Origin: an uncultured bacterium
GTDB lineage: Bacteria > Bacteroidota > Bacteroidia > Cytophagales > Cyclobacteriaceae
DNA: 64,000 nucleotides
NCBI GenBank assembly: GCA_967789005.1
Contig: CBRFFM010000015.1
Span: forward strand, 2,623 to 66,622
Reading direction: 5' to 3'
Shown: piece after piece, positions 17,765-27,895 of the stretch
Position numbering within the stretch: the first letter of the stretch is position 1
Layout of the letters: each line of letters opens with the position of its first letter
Program-made: the position numbers and the translations under genes
Notes under the pieces: model-generated
The model's input: only the letters and a program-made list of their open reading frames with translations
Databases searched by the model: none
Told to the model about the DNA's origin: nothing

Positions 17765-18658
17765 CTACGCTATCTGCTTCGCGAGGAGCGCAAGTCCCTC
17801 CGTAAAACTGTGTGGCTTAAAACCCAATTCTCTCTTTGCCTTCTCAATAATAAATCCAGTCTTTGGTGGGCGCTTCGCGGGCTGAGTGAACTTGCTTGAA
17901 TCGGTTTGATTGATCAAAGACTTATCTAGCTTGAAATAGTCGGCTGTAGCAATGGCAATATCATAAGGAGTCATCATGGCTTCGCCCGAAATGTTAAAAA
18001 TGCCTTTCGCTTTTTTCTTCGCAGCAAGAAAACATCCCATCGCCAAATCTTCAGCAAGTGTGGGTGTGCGAAATTGATCGTTCACTACATTGATGCTCTT
18101 TCTTTCTTCTAAACTCTTCTTTACCCAAAGCACAATGTTACTGCGACTCATATCTTTGGTTACTCCAAAGACAAGCACTGTTCTGAGAATCGCCCAGTCG
18201 ATCGTGCTTTTTTGAATGACAACTTCAGCAGCTAATTTACTTTCGCCATAATAGCTAAGCGGATTCGGTTTTTCATTTTCATCTAGTGGACCGTGTGTCC
18301 CATCAAAAATAAAATCGGTCGACACATGAATAAGGTGAACATTATGTTTTTTGCAGACCTCAACCAAATAAGAAACCGCGTCTACGTTGGCTGTCCAGCA
18401 TTTCTCTCTTTCGGTCTCACATTGGTCTACTTGTGTCATCGCGGCCGTGTTGATCACCACATCGGGTTTCGTTTTGGCAATCACTTCTTCCACTTCAAGA
18501 ACATTGGTAATGTCAAGTGAATGAAATTCCCCTCGAGACAAATCAGGAATCAGTTTTGATTTAGCGGTGGCGATCAAATAGCAATCGGCTTGAGTTGAGA
18601 TCAGTTCAACTAATTTTTGCCCAAGCAATCCGTTACAACCGGTGACAAGTATTCTCAT
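17765..18658 (-). CDS. SDR-family NAD(P)-dependent sugar reductase/epimerase (dTDP-4-dehydrorhamnose reductase-like)
   Basis: It has a Rossmann motif MRILVTGCNGLLGQ, a YGESK catalytic motif, and the length expected for an RfbD-like enzyme. Confidence 0.75.
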   Translation of the reverse strand: MRILVTGCNGLLGQKLVELISTQADCYLIATAKSKLIPDLSRGEFHSLDITNVLEVEEVIAKTKPDVVINTAAMTQVDQCETEREKCWTANVDAVSYLVEVCKKHNVHLIHVSTDFIFDGTHGPLDENEKPNPLSYYGESKLAAEVVIQKSTIDWAILRTVLVFGVTKDMSRSNIVLWVKKSLEERKSINVVNDQFRTPTLAEDLAMGCFLAAKKKAKGIFNISGEAMMTPYDIAIATADYFKLDKSLINQTDSSKFTQPAKRPPKTGFIIEKAKRELGFKPHSFTEGLALLAKQIA

Positions 18659-19536
18659 TTTTTCTTTTCTACTTCTGGATAAACGTAACTGTATTCTTTC
18701 GAAATCTTTTTCTTTGGCATTTCTTCAACAGTCACAAACATACGCACATCTTCAATGGGCCGGTCTGCGGCTCCTTTTTTGACGGCAGCAATTTTATCTA
18801 CTACATCCAGCCCTTTAATCACTTCACCAAACACTGTATAGTTGTCATCTAGGTGAGGTGATCCTCCAATTGTTGTATAAGCTTTAATTCTTTCAGGAGA
18901 AACATCTCTCAAAATATTTATGCCTGTTTCTTTTTCCAGAACTCTTGCGAGGCCAATGATTTTATTGTTGAATGCCTCTGTTTGTCCTGATGCATAAAGC
19001 TTACCGAGAGTGTCGTAGATGTGTTTGTTCTCGGGCTTTGATAAATACTTGGGCATGGCTGAACTCAGCTTCGCTTGATCAATCTTCATGGAGTTAAGTT
19101 GTTCGTTGGGAATCACTTTTCCTTGCACAATATAAAACTGACTGCCACTTGAAGCCTTGTTTGGATTTTGGGCATCGTTAAGTCGTGCGGCTGAGAGAGC
19201 ACCTTTTTTATGAAAAAATTTTGGATTGAATTCGGCATCGAGAGTATAACCCGGACCACCATTGCCTAAGCTCTGCCCGGCCTTAGCACGCTTTGAATCA
19301 GGATCTCCCCCTTGAATCATAAAACCTTCGATCACGCGATGAAAAAGTAAGCTGTCGAAGTAATGTGCCTTGGCCAGCTTGATAAAATTTTCTTTGTGCT
19401 TAGGAGTTTCATCATAAAGAATGGCGACAATGTTCCCATAATTAGTTTTGATGGTAACTACAAAATCTTTTTTCTGAGCCTGAGTTTTCGTGCCGATCGC
19501 TAAAAACAAAAGGGTAATGAAGAGAAGTCGTTTCAT
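18655..19536 (-). CDS. Secreted cyclophilin-type peptidyl-prolyl cis-trans isomerase
   Basis: Signal peptide MKRLLFITLLFLAIG plus the cyclophilin core FHRVIEGFMIQGGDP...SQFYIV. The start is set at ATG 19536. Confidence 0.9.
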   Translation of the reverse strand: MKRLLFITLLFLAIGTKTQAQKKDFVVTIKTNYGNIVAILYDETPKHKENFIKLAKAHYFDSLLFHRVIEGFMIQGGDPDSKRAKAGQSLGNGGPGYTLDAEFNPKFFHKKGALSAARLNDAQNPNKASSGSQFYIVQGKVIPNEQLNSMKIDQAKLSSAMPKYLSKPENKHIYDTLGKLYASGQTEAFNNKIIGLARVLEKETGINILRDVSPERIKAYTTIGGSPHLDDNYTVFGEVIKGLDVVDKIAAVKKGAADRPIEDVRMFVTVEEMPKKKISKEYSYVYPEVEKKK

Positions 19537-19570
19537 TTGATCAATGAATATAAGGGGCAAAAATAAGGAA

Positions 19571-20695
19571 TTATGGATTGATGGTTTTAGAAAGCTGCAA
19601 CGACAAATCCATGAAAATCATCTTAGCGCTGCCGTTCCGCTCCAGGTGGTAAGTTGCTTCGTTGATCAGTTTATTGAACGTTTCAATTTTTGGAAGATTG
19701 ATGATCTTGCTAAAATCTTTGATGAACTTCTCCTCGGCTCCTTTTACCCTGCCGATAGTATTGGCATTAGAAACTTGGATCAAGGCTTCGCGTATCATGC
19801 TCAGGGCGTAATGAAACAAATTACGTTGAGCTAATTTATCGAGTTCATGAAATTCATCGGCCAGGCCGAGGAGTTTGATATAATCTTTTTTGAAACAGGA
19901 GCGCATCCAATCGATGAAACGTTGTTGATGATGATCTTCTTCAGTGCTAGTGAGTTGAATAGCGAAATTCAAATTGCCTTCTGCCATCTGAACAATTTCA
20001 TTACGCTGCTCGTCATTCAATTCGAAGTTTTTGGAAAGGTAATTCTCTACATCTTCATCACTGAGCAACGGCACATGCACAATTTGTGTGCGTGATAAAA
20101 TGGTTGGGAGCAGTTGCTCGGCTCCGTTGGTCACCAGAAGAAAAAATGTTTGTGGTGGTGGTTCTTCCAGAATTTTTAAAATGCCGTTGGCAGCTGACGG
20201 ATGCATGAGCTCTGGCAACCAGATGATCATGATTTTATTGGTGCTTTCAAAAGATTTTAAAGATAGTGCTTGCACGATCTTCCGGCTTTCCTCGCGCGCT
20301 ATGAGAGCTTGCTTGTCTTCACCGCCATAAGCGGCCATCCATTGAGAGAGGTTTCCAAATGGCTGCTCGATTAAAAAGCTGCGCCATGTTTTTAGTATCT
20401 CCGCACGAAATCGATCCTCATCCTTATCATTACTGATATTCCCCAACGGAAAAACAAAATGAGTATCGGGGTGAACGTACTTCAAACTTTTGCTGCAGCC
20501 AGGACAAGTGCCACAGGCATCAGTTCCGTTTTTATTGGTGCAGTGAAGATACTGGGCAAAGGCTAATGCCAATGGAAAACTAAGCGCACCGGGTTTTCCG
20601 GCAAACAATAATGCATGAGCAATATGATTAGACTGCACCGAGGCGGTGAGTTGTTTCTTTACATCTTCAAGACCGGGTATGGAGGAGAATGTCAT
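19571..20695 (-). CDS. holB: DNA polymerase III subunit delta'
   Basis: AAA+ clamp-loader fold (HALLFAGKPG), a Zn module (HCTNKNGTDACGTCPGC) and a sensor ILSRTQ. Confidence 0.8.
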   Translation of the reverse strand: MTFSSIPGLEDVKKQLTASVQSNHIAHALLFAGKPGALSFPLALAFAQYLHCTNKNGTDACGTCPGCSKSLKYVHPDTHFVFPLGNISNDKDEDRFRAEILKTWRSFLIEQPFGNLSQWMAAYGGEDKQALIAREESRKIVQALSLKSFESTNKIMIIWLPELMHPSAANGILKILEEPPPQTFFLLVTNGAEQLLPTILSRTQIVHVPLLSDEDVENYLSKNFELNDEQRNEIVQMAEGNLNFAIQLTSTEEDHHQQRFIDWMRSCFKKDYIKLLGLADEFHELDKLAQRNLFHYALSMIREALIQVSNANTIGRVKGAEEKFIKDFSKIINLPKIETFNKLINEATYHLERNGSAKMIFMDLSLQLSKTINP

Positions 20696-20711
20696 TCTAT
20701 TAAAAGTATTG

Positions 20712-20785
20712 GCTATGAGTTTCGAGCTGCCAGCTATGAGTTAATGATCCTACAAACTCGAGGCTCGAAGCTAGCAACTCAAAGC
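20712..20785. repeat. Heptamer-built imperfect palindrome with 31-nt arms and a 12-nt loop
   Basis: Left arm: gctatga|gtttcga|gctgcca|gctatga|gtt. Right arm: aac|tcgaggc|tcgaagc|tagcaac|tcaaagc. 23 of 31 positions are complementary. GCTATGAGTT is repeated at a 21-nt spacing. Confidence 0.85.
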
Positions 20786-21951
20786 TATTTATTCGATTCA
20801 CCAAAAACACTTTTCAAAATCTCTCTTTCAATTTCATCGAGCTTGATATTTCTTCGGGCCATTACACGTTCTGCGGTTTCCATTGCTGCTTCATATTTAT
20901 AAGTAACAAATCCAGCAGCGCCTCCCCACTGAAAGGAAGGAATAAAATTACGTGGATAGCCTGCTCCAAAAATATTTGAACTCACACCCACCACGGTGCC
21001 GGTGTTAAACATGGTGTTGATTCCGCATTTGCTGTGGTCTCCCATGATCAATCCGCAGAAAGTACTGCCGGTGTCAACAAATCCTTTTTTCTCATAGCTC
21101 CACAACTTCACGTTGTCGTAATTGTTTTTGAGATTGGAGGTATTGGTGTCTGCACCTAGATTACACCATTCGCCTAAAACCGAGTTTCCCAAGAATCCAT
21201 CGTGACCTTTGTTGCTGTAACCGAATAGAATTGAGTTACTCACCTCTCCACCAATTTTACAATGCGGTCCAACCGTTGTGTCACCTTTCATCTTTGCGCC
21301 CATATTTACAATAGATAATTCACCCAGTGAAAATGGTCCGCGAATAACGGCTCCTTCTTGCACTTCTGAATTTTTCCCCAGATAAATTGGTCCGTTTTCA
21401 GCGTTGAGTACTGCCGAACGAAGCGCCACCCCTTCTTCTAAGAAGATTTCAGAAGAATTGTAAGTGTGTACATGCGGATCGCTAATGACTGCTGACTTTC
21501 TATTGGCAGTAATCAGTTTGAAATCAGAACGGATTTGATTTCCATTGTTCTGAAAGATTTTCCAGAGTTTATCGATCAGCACAATTTCTCCAGGGTATTC
21601 AGTTGCCTCTCCTGAGATCACCTCAGGCAATTCATCATCATCTGTGCGAACCGCAATGATCATCGAGTTCTTATGAATGACGTCACCGGGATTCAATTTT
21701 TTAATGGCCTCAACCAAAGTTGCGTCCGGGCAAGCTGCTCCGTTGATCCAGAGATTATCAGATGAAGTTTTCTTGGCGAATTTTTTGGAAAGATAATCTT
21801 GAGATGAATAGGATGGCTTCGTCTGAAAATAACGTTCCCATTTTTCAGCGATAGTTAAAATCCCTATTCGAATCTCGGCCACAGGCCTTGTGAATGTAAG
21901 CGGCAAGAGACTGGCGCGAATAGAGGGGTCGTCAAAGAGGATAAGATTCAT
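20785..21951 (-). CDS. GlmU-like sugar nucleotidyltransferase/acyltransferase (left-handed beta-helix) protein
   Basis: 388 aa. The C-terminal half carries hexapeptide repeats (GKNSEVQEGAVIRG, GAKMKGDTTVG, IGGEVSNS), and the N-terminal part is nucleotidyltransferase-like. Confidence 0.7.
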   Translation of the reverse strand: MNLILFDDPSIRASLLPLTFTRPVAEIRIGILTIAEKWERYFQTKPSYSSQDYLSKKFAKKTSSDNLWINGAACPDATLVEAIKKLNPGDVIHKNSMIIAVRTDDDELPEVISGEATEYPGEIVLIDKLWKIFQNNGNQIRSDFKLITANRKSAVISDPHVHTYNSSEIFLEEGVALRSAVLNAENGPIYLGKNSEVQEGAVIRGPFSLGELSIVNMGAKMKGDTTVGPHCKIGGEVSNSILFGYSNKGHDGFLGNSVLGEWCNLGADTNTSNLKNNYDNVKLWSYEKKGFVDTGSTFCGLIMGDHSKCGINTMFNTGTVVGVSSNIFGAGYPRNFIPSFQWGGAAGFVTYKYEAAMETAERVMARRNIKLDEIEREILKSVFGESNK

Positions 21952-21980
21952 TCAAGAGAAATATTTTTGAAAGTTAAGGC

Positions 21981-22011
21981 AAAAAAAAAGAATCCCGCAC
22001 CTGCGAGATTC
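21981..22011 (-). terminator. Rho-independent terminator of rpmE2
   Basis: On the minus strand: gaatctcgcaggtgcgggattc followed by T9. Confidence 0.8.
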
Positions 22012-22038
22012 TCGTTCTTAAAAACGCTAATAGCAATA

Positions 22039-22284
22039 TTATTTCTTGCCGTATTTCTTTTGGAATTTCTCCACACGGCCCGCAGTATCAACAAACATTT
22101 TCTTGCCGGTAAAGAACGGGTGTGACGCAGAGCTAACTTCGACTTTAATCACCGGATATTCCTTGCCGTCTGTAAAAGTGATTTTTTCTTTAGGCACGTT
22201 AGTAGAACGGCTCAAAAACTTAAAATCGCTTGATGTATCCCAAAAAACAACTTCCTGATAGTTTGGGTGGATGCTCTTCTTCAT
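22039..22284 (-). CDS. rpmE2: 50S ribosomal protein L31, type B (no CxxC zinc motif)
   Basis: MKKSIHPNY...HPFFTGK is the L31 signature. The protein has no cysteines. Confidence 0.95.
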   Translation of the reverse strand: MKKSIHPNYQEVVFWDTSSDFKFLSRSTNVPKEKITFTDGKEYPVIKVEVSSASHPFFTGKKMFVDTAGRVEKFQKKYGKK

Positions 22285-22305
22285 AGTCTTTCTTTAAAAG
22301 GACTG

Positions 22306-22313
22306 CAAAAATA
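22306..22313 (-). promoter_or_regulatory. Candidate -7 box TAttTTTG for rpmE2
   Basis: The reverse complement of caaaaata lies 22 nt upstream of the ATG, with a TTGC 18 nt further upstream. Confidence 0.45.
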
Positions 22314-22426
22314 GGCAAACACGAGTAATTTGCAATAACGGCCCATGTCATTTTTAGTAAAACCTTCCAGATTTGCCCTAAAATCAAATAAAAAGGGCAA
22401 TTTTGAGGTTCTTAGAAACGAATACT

Positions 22427-24121
22427 TTGAAAAAAATCGCCCTTATTTCTCTTCTTTTCCTCGGATGCGGCTTTTCTTATGGTCAAAGTACCAATGCTAC
22501 CATTAATGAGGACTACTACCATTGGATTACCCGGTACGAAATAAAGACAGGCCGAATTGCTCCTGAAATCTTCTCGTCTGTGCGGCCATTTCCTCGCAAT
22601 GCAATAGTCGCTTTTGTGGATTCCGTTGAGAAAAGAGACCAGGTTTTTACCTCCAGGGCAGATAAATTCAATTACGATTACCTAATGAATGACAGTTGGG
22701 AATGGAGCTGTGCGGAGTCAAGCAATAGCACCAAGTCTTTCCTTGGCATGTACAAAAAGAAGTCGGACCTGGCCAGCGTTGATGTTCCGGAATTTGATTT
22801 TCATGTGAGCCCGGTGGTGTATTTTGGTTCGGGCCACGACAGTCGCCTGAAACAGTCGATGTATATCAACTCCAGAGGAGTAGAGATGCGGGGCATGATC
22901 GATAAGAAAATAGGGTTCTACACTTTCTTCACCGATAACCAGGCCATTCTTCCTGGTTATGCCCATGATGCTTTAATACTTAACAATACTTTTGCTGTGC
23001 CACACGAAGGGTTCTGGAAAAATTTTAAAACGAACGGAGTCGATTTCTTTCAAGTACGTGGCTATATCGATTTTAATGTGAGCAAAAACATTTATGTGCA
23101 GTTTGGTCATGATCGCACGTTTATCGGTAATGGTTTCCGTTCACTGATCTTTTCAGATTACTCTCCGCCCAATCTTTTTCTCAGAGCCAACGCAAAGATC
23201 TGGAAGCTGAATTACCTGTTTCAACTCAATCGCCTGACAGCTGGTGCAACCGGTTCGCCTAGTGGGTCAACAGCAAACAAAAATTACCCGGTGAAGTTTA
23301 TGGCGTTTCATCACGCTAGCATCAACATCGGAAAGAAATTTAATCTCGGAGTTTTTGAATCCGTGATTTTTACCCCGCAAGACACGATCAACAAGAACAA
23401 CATTCAACTCAATTATCTGAACCCCATCATTTTTTACCGGGCCATTGAGCAACAAGGGGGCAGCCCCGACAACGTTTTGCTTGGGGGCGATTTTAAATGG
23501 AATGTCTTCAAGAAAGTTTCTTTGTACGGACAGGTTGTGATTGATGAGTTTGTGTTGAGGGAGCTGAGGGGAGGTAAAGGTTGGTGGGGAAATAAATTCG
23601 CCATGCAAGGCGGTTTAAAATATATTGACGCCTTTAGCGTCCCTAACCTGGACATCCAGCTTGAAGCAAATATGGTGAAGCCATATACTTATTCGCACGA
23701 CACGCAATACAGCAATTATAGCAACTATAACCAGTCATTGGCGCACCCGCTTGGTGCTAATTTGTTGGAAGGTGTAATGATCGTTCGCTATCAACCATTG
23801 CCAAAGTTGAATCTGATTGTTAAAAGTTTCTATACTAAAATCGGAAGAGACACAGTGGGCGTAAACTGGGGAAGCGATATTTTAAAGGATAACAGCACAC
23901 GCACTGGAGGCGATTATGGTCACAAAGTGGGAGAGGGAGTAAATAATACTATCTCGTTTATGGATTTCACGGCTTCATATATGATTCGTCATAATGTGTT
24001 TATTGATTTTAAAGCAACTATTCGCAGAAGCACGAGCCCGGTTGCTTTGTATAACAACAATTCTACTATAACTTCGGTATCACTGCGCTGGAATATTCCT
24101 GCTCGCACTTACGACTTTTAA
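22427..24121 (+). CDS. Predicted outer-membrane beta-barrel protein (unassigned family)
   Basis: The ORF is open from TTG 22403, and an in-frame TTG at 22427 gives MKKIALISLLFLGCGF, a signal/lipobox-like N-terminus. Alternating beta-strand character and a C-terminal aromatic residue (...RTYDF) support a barrel. The start is uncertain. Confidence 0.6.
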   Translation: MKKIALISLLFLGCGFSYGQSTNATINEDYYHWITRYEIKTGRIAPEIFSSVRPFPRNAIVAFVDSVEKRDQVFTSRADKFNYDYLMNDSWEWSCAESSNSTKSFLGMYKKKSDLASVDVPEFDFHVSPVVYFGSGHDSRLKQSMYINSRGVEMRGMIDKKIGFYTFFTDNQAILPGYAHDALILNNTFAVPHEGFWKNFKTNGVDFFQVRGYIDFNVSKNIYVQFGHDRTFIGNGFRSLIFSDYSPPNLFLRANAKIWKLNYLFQLNRLTAGATGSPSGSTANKNYPVKFMAFHHASINIGKKFNLGVFESVIFTPQDTINKNNIQLNYLNPIIFYRAIEQQGGSPDNVLLGGDFKWNVFKKVSLYGQVVIDEFVLRELRGGKGWWGNKFAMQGGLKYIDAFSVPNLDIQLEANMVKPYTYSHDTQYSNYSNYNQSLAHPLGANLLEGVMIVRYQPLPKLNLIVKSFYTKIGRDTVGVNWGSDILKDNSTRTGGDYGHKVGEGVNNTISFMDFTASYMIRHNVFIDFKATIRRSTSPVALYNNNSTITSVSLRWNIPARTYDF

Positions 24122-24124
24122 CTC

Positions 24125-25951
24125 ATGGATATTTTCTTTCGGATTCTTTCGTATGCAGATTTAATTGTAAGAAGACTGGTATTCTTTTTTATCTATTCCG
24201 TGTTGGGAACCATATTCAGTGTTTTCAATATCGTATTGATCATCCCCATGCTCAAGTTACTCTTTAGTCAAAAGGGTGTCATTGAAGTTCCACCAATTCC
24301 AAAGTTCGCTTTATCGACCGACTATATCGTGGGAATGTTTAACCACTACAATCTTTTGGTGATTCGCGATTACGGTCAGCTGAATGCATTACTCTTTGTT
24401 TGTTCTCTGATTGTGTCGAGCATGATCATTGGCAATTTGTTTCGATTTCTTGAACGAGTGATGGCAACTAAAATCCGCGCTGACTTAGTGAAAAATATTC
24501 GAATGGATATTTTTAGAAAAGTGTCATTACTGCACATCGGATTTTTTAACACCGAACGTAAAGGTGATTTGATGTCAAGGTTCACTAACGATGTGATGGA
24601 GGTCGAGGGCGCTGTAATGAATAGCTTAAAAGCCGTGATGAAAGAGCCGATTTCGATCATCGTCTTTTTCTTTGTGCTCTTCTCGATCTCTCCTAAACTC
24701 ACTTTGTTTACACTGCTGGTCCTTCCGATTACGGGCGGAGCTTTAGCCGAGATTATCAAACGACTGAAACGGCAGGCGAGGGAAAGCCAGGAATCACTTG
24801 GTAGAATTGTAAATATTCTGGATGAGACTTTTGGGGGCATGCGCGTGGTAAAAGCATTCAATGCCCGCAAGTTTGTAATAGATAAGCTTGAAGTAGAGAG
24901 CGCGCACTATCGCAGGGTGAATAAATCGATGTCGTATAAGAACGAATTGGCTTCGCCTGTGTCAGAAATTCTAGGAACCATGATCGTTGCCGGCATTATC
25001 TTTTTCGGTGGTAATATGGTTCTCAGCGAGAATTCAACGTTGAGCCCCGAAGCATTCTTGGGATTCATTGGCGTGTTTGCTCAGATCATCCAACCCGCCA
25101 AGAGTTTTTCGAACGGAATCACCTCTTTACAGCGAGGCATTGCTTCAGCCAGAAGAATTTTTGAATTGATCGATAGCGAGCCCGAGATTAAAAATAAACC
25201 TAATGCGGTTGAATTAAAGAGTTTTGAAAAGGACATTGAGTTTAAAAATGTGTCATTCGCTTATGAAACAGAGAACGTTCTTAAAGGCATTAATTTGAAA
25301 GTAGAAAAAGGAAAGACCATTGCGCTCGTAGGCCCTTCCGGTGGAGGTAAGTCTACTCTTGCTGATTTGGTCCCACGCTTTTATGATCCAACCGAAGGCG
25401 AAGTCTGCATCGATGGCAAATCCTTGACAGATTATGAGATTGAGTCTTTGCGCAAGCATATGGGTGTTGTTACTCAAGAGTCAATTTTGTTTAACGATAC
25501 CATCTTCAACAACATCGCTTTTGGCAACCCGAGTATAAGCGAAGAAGCCGTCATTCAGGCAGCCAAGATTGCCAATGCTCATGATTTCATTATGCAAACA
25601 GAGAATGGATATCAAACCTATATTGGTGAGCGTGGATCTAAACTTTCCGGTGGTCAGCGTCAGCGATTAAGCATTGCCAGAGCTGTTTTAAAAAACCCAC
25701 CGATATTAATTTTAGATGAAGCTACTTCAGCTCTGGATTCAGAGTCAGAGAAGTTGGTTCAGGAGGCCTTATTCAATTTGATGAAAAACCGAACCTCCTT
25801 GGTCATAGCTCACAGGCTTAGCACTATTCAGCATGCGGATGAGATTTTAGTTATTCAACAGGGCCAGATTGTGGAGCGGGGAACTCACGAAAGTCTGAAT
25901 AGCCAGAACGGTCTTTATAAGAAACTGGTGGATATCCAGAAGACAGCCTGA
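24125..25951 (+). CDS. ABC transporter, fused permease/ATPase (MsbA-like lipid exporter)
   Basis: A 6-TM domain is followed by Walker A GPSGGGKST, the signature LSGGQRQR and Walker B ILILDEATSALD. Confidence 0.9.
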   Translation: MDIFFRILSYADLIVRRLVFFFIYSVLGTIFSVFNIVLIIPMLKLLFSQKGVIEVPPIPKFALSTDYIVGMFNHYNLLVIRDYGQLNALLFVCSLIVSSMIIGNLFRFLERVMATKIRADLVKNIRMDIFRKVSLLHIGFFNTERKGDLMSRFTNDVMEVEGAVMNSLKAVMKEPISIIVFFFVLFSISPKLTLFTLLVLPITGGALAEIIKRLKRQARESQESLGRIVNILDETFGGMRVVKAFNARKFVIDKLEVESAHYRRVNKSMSYKNELASPVSEILGTMIVAGIIFFGGNMVLSENSTLSPEAFLGFIGVFAQIIQPAKSFSNGITSLQRGIASARRIFELIDSEPEIKNKPNAVELKSFEKDIEFKNVSFAYETENVLKGINLKVEKGKTIALVGPSGGGKSTLADLVPRFYDPTEGEVCIDGKSLTDYEIESLRKHMGVVTQESILFNDTIFNNIAFGNPSISEEAVIQAAKIANAHDFIMQTENGYQTYIGERGSKLSGGQRQRLSIARAVLKNPPILILDEATSALDSESEKLVQEALFNLMKNRTSLVIAHRLSTIQHADEILVIQQGQIVERGTHESLNSQNGLYKKLVDIQKTA

Positions 25952-26000
25952 TATGCAAGGTTTTGAAGAGAATTACAATTTTGTATAACTTGGAATAACA

Positions 26001-26008
26001 TAAGTTTG
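26001..26008 (+). promoter_or_regulatory. Candidate -7 box TAagTTTG
   Basis: TTTG at 25980-25983 is followed by a 17-nt spacer and TAagTTTG. The ATG lies 21 nt downstream. Confidence 0.45.
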
Positions 26009-26028
26009 CGACTTTTAAGATCAAGCCC

Positions 26029-26259
26029 ATGAACACCCGCAGAATCATTTTCCTCACCCTCTTTGGACTCTATCAATTGTCCATCCTTTGCTTCACCATT
26101 TACATGGAGTCTAAGAGAGATGATCTCAACTTTCTGTTTGAGATGTTTAAAGAGATAGGCCTGTTCAAATATGGTGCAATGGTGGGCGTTCTTTTGTTGG
26201 CAATTGAATTTGTCTGGTCACGTAGCGATGCCAAGAAAGTGGTTAACCCAGCAGAATAG
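26029..26259 (+). CDS. Small membrane protein (76 aa), hypothetical
   Basis: It has two hydrophobic helices ([20 protein letters not shown] and [15 protein letters not shown]) and a promoter-like box upstream. Confidence 0.45.
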   Translation: MNTRRIIFLTLFGLYQLSILCFTIYMESKRDDLNFLFEMFKEIGLFKYGAMVGVLLLAIEFVWSRSDAKKVVNPAE

Positions 26260-26267
26260 CTTTAGAT

Positions 26268-26852
26268 ATGGAGCTCAAGGAAATAATTAAAGGAGAATTT
26301 TCACAGGCTGCTCAAGTACTTGAAAAGTTCATGAGCAATGATCACAACATTACATTGATCGAGCGGGCAGCAAAAGTCATTTCAGATTCTATTATTCAAG
26401 GAGGCAAAATTATTTCTTGTGGCAATGGCGGGTCTCATTGTGATGCCATGCATTTTGCCGAAGAGCTTACAGGCAAATACAGAGAAAATCGAAGAGCGAT
26501 TCCTGCTATCTGTATTTCAGACCCAAGTCATATTTCTTGCGTGGGCAATGATTATGGATATGAGTTTATTTTTTCACGCTATATCGATGCGCTCGGCAAT
26601 AACGGAGACGTTTTGTTAGGACTGAGCACCAGTGGCAACTCGATGAATATTATTCGCGCAGCAGAAATAGCTAAAGAGAAAGGAATGAAAGTGATCATTC
26701 TTTCAGGCAAAGACGGTGGCAAGCTTGCTCCTTTAGCCGATGTTGAATTGCGCGTGCCTCATCATGGCTATGCTGATCGTATTCAGGAAGTTCATATCAA
26801 GATCATTCACATCCTCATGCTTCTGATCGAGAAGCAGGTTGTAAATAATTAA
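26268..26852 (+). CDS. gmhA: D-sedoheptulose-7-phosphate isomerase (SIS domain)
   Basis: [24 protein letters not shown] and a length of about 190 aa are typical of GmhA. Confidence 0.85.
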   Translation: MELKEIIKGEFSQAAQVLEKFMSNDHNITLIERAAKVISDSIIQGGKIISCGNGGSHCDAMHFAEELTGKYRENRRAIPAICISDPSHISCVGNDYGYEFIFSRYIDALGNNGDVLLGLSTSGNSMNIIRAAEIAKEKGMKVIILSGKDGGKLAPLADVELRVPHHGYADRIQEVHIKIIHILMLLIEKQVVNN

Positions 26853-26940
26853 GCGCGCTTTCCAAGCGCACTTGAATTTGGAATACAGGCATAATTGTAG
26901 AATCAATCTATGTGTTCTACGTTCCTATGCGTTTAGAAAG

Positions 26941-27795
26941 TTACTTTCTTGTCTTCTCAAGCATATCCCACATTTCATTTGGAATCATCTCCAAATGACT
27001 GAACTCACCGCCACTCTTAAGCCACTCACCGCCATCGATAGTGATCACATCTCCATTGATGTAAGCTGAATAATCAGACAACAAATAAGCAGCAAGGTTT
27101 GCCAATTCCTGATGTTCTCCCACGCGACCTAGAGGAATTCGTTTTGAAGGATCAAATTTCTTCACCAAGTCTCCAGGTAGTAATCGACTCCACGCACCTT
27201 CAGTTGGAAATGGCCCTGGTGCGATAGCATTACTTCTAATGTTGTACTTCGCCCACTCGACTGCGAGTGACCGTGTTAGTGCAAGCACGCCAGCCTTACC
27301 ACAAGCGGAAGGTACCACATAGCCGGAACCGGTCCAGGCATAAGTCGTAACGATGTTAAGGAAAATACCAGGTTGTTTTTTTTCAATCCAATTTTTGCCA
27401 GCGGCCAGAGTGGTATAATAGGTTCCCCTTAAAACAATATCCACCACAATATCAAAAGCACGATGCGATAACCGCTCAGTTGGGCTGATAAAATTTCCTG
27501 CAGCATTATTGAGTACGGCATCAATTTTCCCAAAACGATTTTCAGTTTCTTTAATTACGTTCACGATCTCTTCATACTTGCGCACATCGCATGCCACGGC
27601 AAGCACTTTGCCTCCTGTCTCTTTCTCAAGTTCAGCGGCCGTTTTATCAAGCACATCTTTTTTACGACTGGTGATGACAAGATTTGCACCAAGCTCCAAT
27701 AAATATTTTCCGATAGAGCGGCCTAGTCCTGTTCCACCTCCGGTAATGATAATGGTTTTGCCTTTGAACGATTCGGGTTTGAGCATGCCTTCCAT
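26941..27795 (-). CDS. SDR-family oxidoreductase (2,4-dienoyl-CoA reductase-like)
   Basis: It has TGGGTGLGRS and NNAAGNF, with an SDR core of about 280 aa. Confidence 0.85.
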   Translation of the reverse strand: MEGMLKPESFKGKTIIITGGGTGLGRSIGKYLLELGANLVITSRKKDVLDKTAAELEKETGGKVLAVACDVRKYEEIVNVIKETENRFGKIDAVLNNAAGNFISPTERLSHRAFDIVVDIVLRGTYYTTLAAGKNWIEKKQPGIFLNIVTTYAWTGSGYVVPSACGKAGVLALTRSLAVEWAKYNIRSNAIAPGPFPTEGAWSRLLPGDLVKKFDPSKRIPLGRVGEHQELANLAAYLLSDYSAYINGDVITIDGGEWLKSGGEFSHLEMIPNEMWDMLEKTRK

Positions 27796-27860
27796 AAGTT
27801 TGGATTTTTATTTATTAGAAAGATAGCAGTAAGCCGTGTTGCCATCCAATGAATTATGGA

Positions 27861-27868
27861 TATTTTTG
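27861..27868 (+). promoter_or_regulatory. Candidate -7 box TAttTTTG
   Basis: The sequence tatttttg lies 28 nt upstream of the ATG at 27896, with a TTGC 18 nt upstream of it. Confidence 0.45.
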
Positions 27869-27895
27869 TTCCATTATTTTTTAAACTGATCGTCT

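Noticed and set aside
24376-24870. 164-aa minus-strand ORF inside the ABC transporter gene
   Set aside because: It is antisense to a gene with unambiguous ABC motifs. Similar long antisense ORFs at 39962-40465 (lon), 42528-43013 (hslU) and 59499-60002 (typA) are rejected for the same reason.
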